From Granulosicoccaceae bacterium (GTDB lineage: Bacteria; Pseudomonadota; Gammaproteobacteria; Granulosicoccales; Granulosicoccaceae): 64,000 nucleotides of DNA. The notes under the pieces were generated by a model. The model worked only from the letters and a program-made list of their open reading frames with translations. It was not told where the DNA came from and did not search any database. The translations under genes and the position numbers were made by a program. The stretch covers positions 398 to 64,397 of the forward strand of contig JAHDCO010000017.1 in the NCBI GenBank assembly GCA_020629835.1, in the 5' to 3' direction. Shown here one piece after another: positions 58,215-64,000 of this stretch (positions within the stretch are counted from its first letter, which is position 1; each line of letters opens with the position of its first letter).

Positions 58215-59108
58215 ATGAAAAGACTCTGGCTTTTGTTAAAGGCGATCCTATCAGTAACAGGTGCCATTCTCGTCCTGGCTTACGCCGTTGTTCAACACCA
58301 GTCCAAAGCCGCTGTTGAACAATTGGTGACCGAGGCCGAACAGTGGGAAGGTGATGCAACAAAAGGAAGATATGTAGCGGTTATGAGTGGTTGTATCGCC
58401 TGCCACACAGATTATGAAGGTAGTGGGCTCGAGCTAGCTGGTGGCAGAGCGATACACACGCCGTTTGGCACAGTTTACTCGCCGAACATAACTCGCGACT
58501 CCCGTACGGGAATCGGGCAGTGGACCAAAACCGATTTTTTAATAGCTGTGAAAATCGGTATGAACCCAAACGGTTCCCACTATTCGCCTGCGTTTCCCTA
58601 TAGCGCTTACAACCGGATGAGTACTGGGGATTTAGTTGATTTATGGGCATGGCTCAGCAATGTTGCCCCTGTGGAGAACTTGGTGCCGGACCATGAGGTA
58701 CCCAGCGTATTAATGTCGGATGTTTCTTTAAGTTTATGGAAGTCGCTCTATTTTAATGTCACGAGTAACTGGCAGAGTGAAAGTCGCGGTGAGTACCTGG
58801 TGAATGCTGCGGGCCATTGCCTTGAATGTCACGCCCAAAGAACGGTGTTGGGTGGAATCAGAAACAAAAGCCTTGACGGGAATTCACGAGGACCTAATGG
58901 TCAGACAGTGCCCGGTATCACTGCCATCAATCTAGCCGCGTGGAGCCATGAGGATTTAACGTTTTTTCTCGAAATTGGAATGACGCCAGACGGAGACTTT
59001 ACCGGTGGTTCAATGACCGATGTTGTAGAACACAGCACGGCTTTACTCACAGCTGAAGACCGAGCGTCAATAGCAGACTACTTAAAATCACAGCGGAACA
59101 CACAATGA
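58215..59108 (+). CDS. di-heme c-type cytochrome (dehydrogenase cytochrome-subunit-like)
   Basis: CIACH, TPFGTVYSPNIT, PAFPY, GHCLECH and GGSMTDVV. Confidence 0.88.
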   Translation: MKRLWLLLKAILSVTGAILVLAYAVVQHQSKAAVEQLVTEAEQWEGDATKGRYVAVMSGCIACHTDYEGSGLELAGGRAIHTPFGTVYSPNITRDSRTGIGQWTKTDFLIAVKIGMNPNGSHYSPAFPYSAYNRMSTGDLVDLWAWLSNVAPVENLVPDHEVPSVLMSDVSLSLWKSLYFNVTSNWQSESRGEYLVNAAGHCLECHAQRTVLGGIRNKSLDGNSRGPNGQTVPGITAINLAAWSHEDLTFFLEIGMTPDGDFTGGSMTDVVEHSTALLTAEDRASIADYLKSQRNTQ

Positions 59109-59632
59109 AAATAACGAGCTTTTTTACCATTGTATTTGCAACATCACTACCTGCTTTAACCACGGTAGCGTCAACCGGTACCGATGGGATACAAACTCGA
59201 TTGTTAGCTGATGATTTAGCGATTGTGCAAGCGGGTGAAACGGTATATCGCGCAAACTGCGCCAGTTGTCACGGCGCCTATCTTGAAGGGCAAGAGAATT
59301 GGCGTGATCGAGACGCGCAAGGTTATCTGCCAGCGCCACCGCACGATGCAACTGGACATACGTGGCACCACGCCGATGATCTGCTTTTCGAGATTACAAA
59401 GTACGGACCGAGCGTGGTGATTGGCGATGAGTCGTATCGGTCAAAAATGCCAGCCTATAAGGACATATTAAGTGATCAAGAAATTATCGCTGTATTGTCG
59501 TTTATCAAAAATACCTGGCCACTGGAGGAACGGGAGTGGCAGGAATCAGTCAACGCTACCGCGATTGATCCGTCTGCACCTTTTGGTGGAAAGTCATCGA
59601 GCATACTGGACAAGTTGTCCAGTCCAGATTAA
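59105..59632 (+). CDS. monoheme c-type cytochrome
   Basis: CASCHG, PAPPHD, TWHHAD and MPAY. Confidence 0.88.
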   Translation: MKITSFFTIVFATSLPALTTVASTGTDGIQTRLLADDLAIVQAGETVYRANCASCHGAYLEGQENWRDRDAQGYLPAPPHDATGHTWHHADDLLFEITKYGPSVVIGDESYRSKMPAYKDILSDQEIIAVLSFIKNTWPLEEREWQESVNATAIDPSAPFGGKSSSILDKLSSPD

Positions 59633-59736
59633 TGCGATATCAAAAAGAGCGGTGATACATCACCGGAATTTATTCAACATTTTTTTTCTTAAGTTTCTTA
59701 CTTTCTTAGTATTAACTCAGTGGAGCACACGTCATT

Positions 59737-60225
59737 ATGGAATCGCTAGTCAAAATTAGCGCAATAGCTTTGATCGTTTTTTTGGTCGGATGTAAAGCCG
59801 ACGCTGATGAAAGTGCGCAGCATGATCAGGCAACTGTAGCAACAGCAACCAAACCAGAAATTACTGTTTACAAAAGCCCAACCTGTGGCTGCTGCAAAGA
59901 GTGGGTCACTTATTTGGAAGAAGAGGGATTTGCGGTCTCGGCAATCGATCACGATAACGTTGATCAAATAAAAGTTGAACTCGGACTACCCCATGCGGAA
60001 CTACGCTCATGCCACACAGCCATAGTTGACGGGTATATCGTTGAAGGTCATGTACCGGCAAGTGATATTCAGCGGCTACTCGCCGAAAAGCCCTCTGACA
60101 TTCTGGGTATTAGCGCACCGGGAATGCCCATGATGTCTCCGGGTATGGGCAGTCGTGAACCGAAAGACTATGAAGTGCTGTCGTTTTCAGCCTCTGGTGA
60201 GACAGCGGTCTTTTCTAAGTATTGA
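59737..60225 (+). CDS. DUF411 metal-binding lipoprotein (CopG-like)
   Basis: Lipobox LVGC, YKSPTCGCC, SCHTA, EGHVP and PGMPMMSPGM. Confidence 0.9.
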   Translation: MESLVKISAIALIVFLVGCKADADESAQHDQATVATATKPEITVYKSPTCGCCKEWVTYLEEEGFAVSAIDHDNVDQIKVELGLPHAELRSCHTAIVDGYIVEGHVPASDIQRLLAEKPSDILGISAPGMPMMSPGMGSREPKDYEVLSFSASGETAVFSKY

Positions 60226-60299
60226 GTGCGTGGTTTATTTCACAGTTGCATAAACGTAGAAACCGTGGCTTCTTACTGAAGCAATAGAGAGTCAGAAAA

Positions 60300-61031
60300 A
60301 TGGATAAATTTGAAGCAACTTTGTATCGTATGGACATGGAGGATCACCGCTGTCCATTCGGGTTAAAAGCGAAGGATCTTTTGACTCGACACGGGTATCA
60401 CATCACCGACGTTAAGCTGACCAGTCGAGAAACCGTGGATGAATTCAAAGCCAAACATAACGTTGCTACCACCCCTCAAATTTTTATTGGTAACGAACGG
60501 GTAGGTGGTTTTGATGATTTGCAACAGCACTTGGGCGTCGCGCAGTCAGATGACTCAGGTGTTACCTATCAACCCGTAATAACGCTATTTTCTGTGGCTG
60601 CTATGCTCGCGTTGTCGGTAACCTGGCTAGTCAGAGACACGCTCTTTGTGCCGCAAACGGTTATGTGGTTTATCGCCATCGCAATGGTATTACTCGGGCT
60701 GCAAAAACTGCAGGATCTAGAGAAGTTTTCAACCATGTTTTTAAACTACGACCTGTTAGCGCAGCGATGGGTTCGTTATGGCTATATCTATCCCTTCATT
60801 GAAACCATTGGGGGTGTATTGATGTTGGCGGGTCTATTTACGCCAGTGATAGCACCGATTGTTGTTGTGGCATCAGGAATCGGCGCGGTGAGCGTGTTCA
60901 AAGCCGTCTATATCGATAAGCGGGAAATTCGGTGTGCTTGTCTAGGTGATAGCCGGATTCCACTGGGATTTGTTTCTCTGACTGAAAACGTGATGATGTT
61001 GGGTATGGCGCTGGGCATGCTGCTCTTTTAG
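60300..61031 (+). CDS. glutaredoxin-MauE/DoxX fusion membrane protein
   Basis: CPFG, TTPQIF, YDLLA, YPFIE, CACLG and SLTEN. Confidence 0.85.
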   Translation: MDKFEATLYRMDMEDHRCPFGLKAKDLLTRHGYHITDVKLTSRETVDEFKAKHNVATTPQIFIGNERVGGFDDLQQHLGVAQSDDSGVTYQPVITLFSVAAMLALSVTWLVRDTLFVPQTVMWFIAIAMVLLGLQKLQDLEKFSTMFLNYDLLAQRWVRYGYIYPFIETIGGVLMLAGLFTPVIAPIVVVASGIGAVSVFKAVYIDKREIRCACLGDSRIPLGFVSLTENVMMLGMALGMLLF

Positions 61032-61055
61032 TAAACTATGCACCGGCTCCCCAGG

Positions 61056-61652
61056 CTAGTGAGAACCATGAACGTGTTCGCCGTTACCGGTTGCGATCTG
61101 CCAATGATGGGCTTGATGATGTGAATCTAATGCCATAAATCCGTAAAATCCAAGCGCGTTAAGTTTTTGCAAGTCTGCTGAAGATTCCGGTGTGATTTGA
61201 ACTGTTACGCCAGTTTCATTTGGCGATACCTCGATTTTCCAGGGTCTGATTGTGCTGATGTAGTTAGCGTGTGCCCGTGCCGTTCTTTGTAGAGAGCCTA
61301 CGGCATTTTCAGTTGCGACAACTTTGAACAATAGGCTACTGTCCGTTAACTCGTCAGCGACCACTGAGGTGCTCAGCATGACGTTGCTCATATCGACTAA
61401 ATGCGAATGCAGGGCTGTGATGTCAACGTTTGACCAGTCTGTGTCGACATCAACCTCCAGCAGGCCAACCACCTCAATGAGCGCAGTGAACGCAGCTTCA
61501 CCGCCTGCACTTAAGGGTGTTGAGGATTCTGAGGCACTTGATACGCTGTGACCAGTGTGACCAGTGTGACCATGTTCACTGTGCTGCTGATTAGCCCATA
61601 ACGACACAGCGGCTGTAAGGACAATTAAAAAAACGGCTACCTTCTTCTTCAT
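61056..61652 (-). CDS. exported His-rich hypothetical protein
   Basis: Signal peptide after ATG 61652; HSEHGHTGHTGH, HLVDM, HHQAHH and C-terminal HVHGSH. Confidence 0.75.
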   Translation of the reverse strand: MKKKVAVFLIVLTAAVSLWANQQHSEHGHTGHTGHSVSSASESSTPLSAGGEAAFTALIEVVGLLEVDVDTDWSNVDITALHSHLVDMSNVMLSTSVVADELTDSSLLFKVVATENAVGSLQRTARAHANYISTIRPWKIEVSPNETGVTVQITPESSADLQKLNALGFYGFMALDSHHQAHHWQIATGNGEHVHGSH

Positions 61653-61712
61653 GATCTTTCCTTGGTTTTTGGTTATTGAGCGCAAGAGTAGTGTTTTTGC
61701 ATTTATGGGAAT

Positions 61713-61726
61713 ATGATTTGAATCAT
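61713..61726. promoter_or_regulatory. Fnr-like palindrome ATGAT-TTGA-ATCAT
   Basis: Perfect arms ATGATT/AATCAT; resembles TTGAT-N4-ATCAA; overlaps the Crp/Fnr start codon. Confidence 0.5.
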
Positions 61727-62303
61727 GTTGAGAGATCTATTACCTGAGCCGTTTAACCAACTGGACGAACAGCGTTTATTTTTGAAAGAATTCGAAGCTG
61801 GGGAAACCCTCTTCCTTGAAGGCGATAGATCTCAAGCCGTGTTTTTTGTGCAGCACGGTGCGGTTGACTTGAACCGTGTCAGCGCTTCCGGCCATCGAGT
61901 GGTGATCTTCCGAGCTAGGGCGGGGGACACCTTTGCCGAAGCGTCGTTATTTTCTGAGACGTACCACTGTTCGGCGCAAGCGGTGTCGAAGACCTTGGTA
62001 GTAGAATGTCAAAAATCTGAACTACTCAAGCGGATGGAAGCTAGCCTGGAATTCAACAAGGATCTGGCCAAACGCTTTGCAACGCAAGTGCTGCTTATTC
62101 GCCGTCGGGTAGAGCTACTAAGTATACGTGCGGCCGATGAACGTATTTTGGTTGCGTTAAAAGACGGGCTGTTGGTAGACAACATTCAATCTTTTTCCGA
62201 GCAGATTGGTTTGGCACCGGAAACGGTATATCGAAATTTGAAAAAACTCAGTGATTCAGGCGTCGTCGTCAAAACGGCTCGTGGTGAGTATCAGTGTTTG
62301 TGA
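61725..62303 (+). CDS. Crp/Fnr family transcriptional regulator
   Basis: cNMP-domain GETLFLEGD and GDTFAEASLF; HTH LAPETVYRNL. Confidence 0.9.
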   Translation: MLRDLLPEPFNQLDEQRLFLKEFEAGETLFLEGDRSQAVFFVQHGAVDLNRVSASGHRVVIFRARAGDTFAEASLFSETYHCSAQAVSKTLVVECQKSELLKRMEASLEFNKDLAKRFATQVLLIRRRVELLSIRAADERILVALKDGLLVDNIQSFSEQIGLAPETVYRNLKKLSDSGVVVKTARGEYQCL

Positions 62304-62413
62304 GGAACGTTTGAAGTGTTCCAAAAGGTTTTTTACAATGTCAACGTGCGGTTTAATTCGTTATTCGAATAAAAAACTCAATTTTCCGGGTCAATAAAAC
62401 GCAGGCCGCGCCT

Positions 62414-62848
62414 CTAAAAGGACGTCTTTTCTAAGTGTTGAGTTTTGCAATTACTATGATCAGCAAGTGAAGCGAGTACATAACAATCGCTAACCGTTCC
62501 AGCACCGTTACAGCCTTCCGTAATTCTGACGAGTTCAGTCTCTAGCCTGAGCAAACTGGCGATGCGTGCTCTAACGTTATTGAGCTGTTCCTGAGCTATT
62601 GTTGTTGCTTCTGTGCAGCTTCTATCCGGATGATTATTCAGCTCAATCAGCGCTTGAATGGTCTCGATCGAGAACCCTAATTCGCGCGCGTGTTTGACAA
62701 ACGCCAGACGCTCTAGAGCCTCCTTTGGATAACGACGCTGATTGCCTTCTGTTCGTTCTGGCGGATCAATCAGGCCGATTTGCTCATAGTAACGAATGGT
62801 CGGTACCTTAACGTCGGTTTGCTTCGAAAGTGAACCAATAGACAACAT
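62414..62848 (-). CDS. MerR-family metal-sensing regulator (CadR/PbrR/ZntR-like)
   Basis: SIGSLS, TIRYYEQIGL, GNQRRY, ARELGFS; Cys in RSCTE, EGCN and DCYVL. Confidence 0.92.
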   Translation of the reverse strand: MLSIGSLSKQTDVKVPTIRYYEQIGLIDPPERTEGNQRRYPKEALERLAFVKHARELGFSIETIQALIELNNHPDRSCTEATTIAQEQLNNVRARIASLLRLETELVRITEGCNGAGTVSDCYVLASLADHSNCKTQHLEKTSF

Positions 62849-62862
62849 TTTTATATTTCCTC

Positions 62863-62893
62863 TTGAAGCTCTAGTCGCTAGAGGTATTATAGT
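62863..62893 (+). promoter_or_regulatory. MerR-type promoter: TTGAAG-N19-TATAGT with dyad CTCTAG-TCG-CTAGAG
   Basis: 19-bp spacer containing a perfect inverted repeat (62869-62883), the standard MerR arrangement. Confidence 0.85.
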
Positions 62894-62922
62894 ACTTACC
62901 ACACTGATATTGGGGGCTATTC

Positions 62923-63558
62923 ATGTCCGGAAGTTGTGGTAACCATGCCAAATTTGATGGGGTGTCTGAAGAATATAAACGCCGACTTTGGATTGTCATC
63001 GCGATAAACGCTGTGATGTTTTTCGTAGAAATAGGTGCAGGACATCTTGCGCAGTCGCAAGCACTGCAGGCCGATGCTCTCGATTTTCTAGCTGATGCTC
63101 TGACTTATGGTCTGTCGCTTGCCGTCATCGGTGCATCGATTACCGTGCGAACCGGGGTAGCTCTGTTGAAGGGGTTAAGCCTGTTGTTAGTTGGCGCTTG
63201 GGTTTTTGGTTCCACAATTTACCGAATATTCTTCAGTAGTGTACCGGCTGCAGAACTGATGGGTTGGGTTGGAATTCTTGCACTGGCGGCGAACTGTGTA
63301 AGCGTGTGGCTGTTGCTAAGTTACAAAGACGGCGACGCCAACGTTAGATCTGTGTGGCTCTGTTCTCGCAACGACGCTATTGGCAATATCGCTGTAATGG
63401 TTGCAGCGCTCGGGGTTTGGTGGACAGCCAGTGGCTGGCCAGACTTAATCGTCGCATTGCTCATGGCAAGCCTGTTTCTATCATCAGCAATACAGATTAT
63501 CAGGCAGTCACTAGAAGAAAAACGCACTGCGAAAAAGCATCAAATCCAGTGCACGTAA
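62923..63558 (+). CDS. short cation diffusion facilitator family transporter (membrane domain only)
   Basis: ALQADALDFLAD, RSVWLCSRNDAIGN and WPDL; downstream of the MerR promoter. Confidence 0.88.
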   Translation: MSGSCGNHAKFDGVSEEYKRRLWIVIAINAVMFFVEIGAGHLAQSQALQADALDFLADALTYGLSLAVIGASITVRTGVALLKGLSLLLVGAWVFGSTIYRIFFSSVPAAELMGWVGILALAANCVSVWLLLSYKDGDANVRSVWLCSRNDAIGNIAVMVAALGVWWTASGWPDLIVALLMASLFLSSAIQIIRQSLEEKRTAKKHQIQCT

Positions 63559-63655
63559 ATGCGACCAGTGCCAAAACTCTACTCACCAGTGGCTATCAAA
63601 ATTTTCTAATTTAAACGCAGACAGGTATGCGGACTCAATAGTTCGTGTTTAGGAT

Positions 63656-64000
63656 ATGAATATGGAAACCAAAGATCTACCCCTACTAATGATGGTTATT
63701 TTTCTTCTGATAATTATCATAGGACGAATTGCTGTCCAGCTCATTTCGACCGGAAATAGCGGCATTCGTCCTGGCACCAGATTAAAAACCAAAAAAGAAG
63801 TTCTGATTAGCTTTGTTATGTTTGGTGTCTTGGGTGTTCAGACGGTTTTAGCCTGGCTGTATTCGGTATCGTACATAGAAAGCCAAGTCGAACTTGGTCC
63901 TGTGGCTACGTGGTTGGGTATTGCACTCTGTGCTTCTGGAACTCTGTTCTCCAGCTATGCCCAACACGCTATGGGAAAAGAATGGCGGATAGGTGTTGAT
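63656..64000 (+). CDS. isoprenylcysteine carboxyl methyltransferase (Ste14/PEMT) family membrane protein, partial
   Basis: Manual translation is open from ATG 63656 to the window end: hydrophobic helices then AQHAMGKEWRIGVD. Confidence 0.78.
   Translation, partial: MNMETKDLPLLMMVIFLLIIIIGRIAVQLISTGNSGIRPGTRLKTKKEVLISFVMFGVLGVQTVLAWLYSVSYIESQVELGPVATWLGIALCASGTLFSSYAQHAMGKEWRIGVD

Noticed and set aside
57799-58362. 187-aa antisense ORF
   Set aside because: It lies opposite two clear cytochrome genes and has no recognisable motif; shadow ORF.

Overview
Bacterial chromosomal window, probably from a marine gammaproteobacterium (inferred from gene content only). It is mostly dense catabolic housekeeping: myo-inositol (iol), a dimethylglycine-type GcvT oxidoreductase, a lipoprotein Ntn-acylase, uricase-independent urate/allantoin degradation (puuD, uraH, uraD-puuE fusion, allA, ylbA, xdhC), znuABC/zur, pldA, propionyl-CoA assimilation (PccR-type regulator, pccB, pccA, methylmalonyl-CoA mutase), choline sulfatase, leucine catabolism (liu) and an MttB-family methyltransferase. 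Accessory segments: (1) 32.4-35.5 kb, an AT-richer stretch with higBA, an FRG gene and small orphans separated by decayed, mutually related attC-like hairpins, with no integrase in the window (CALIN-like); (2) 35.5-41.5 kb, a two-gene unit encoding a ~1,790-aa exported protein that joins a galactose-oxidase-type copper radical oxidase (all four catalytic motifs present) to PKD, beta-propeller, di-heme cytochrome c peroxidase-like and two repeated C-terminal modules, followed by a monoheme cytochrome c lipoprotein; this is the strongest candidate for an undescribed system; (3) 41.6-44.2 kb, a SEC-C pseudogene and an intact IS3-family element splitting a lipoprotein gene; (4) 57-64 kb, a metal/redox island (Cys/His leader-like peptide ending RPPI, three c-type cytochromes, DUF411, Grx-MauE, His-rich protein, Crp/Fnr, MerR and a cation transporter). 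A 16-unit heptamer tandem repeat lies at 46.5 kb. No rRNA, tRNA or CRISPR array was recognised. All assignments come from motif recognition by eye; no searches were run.
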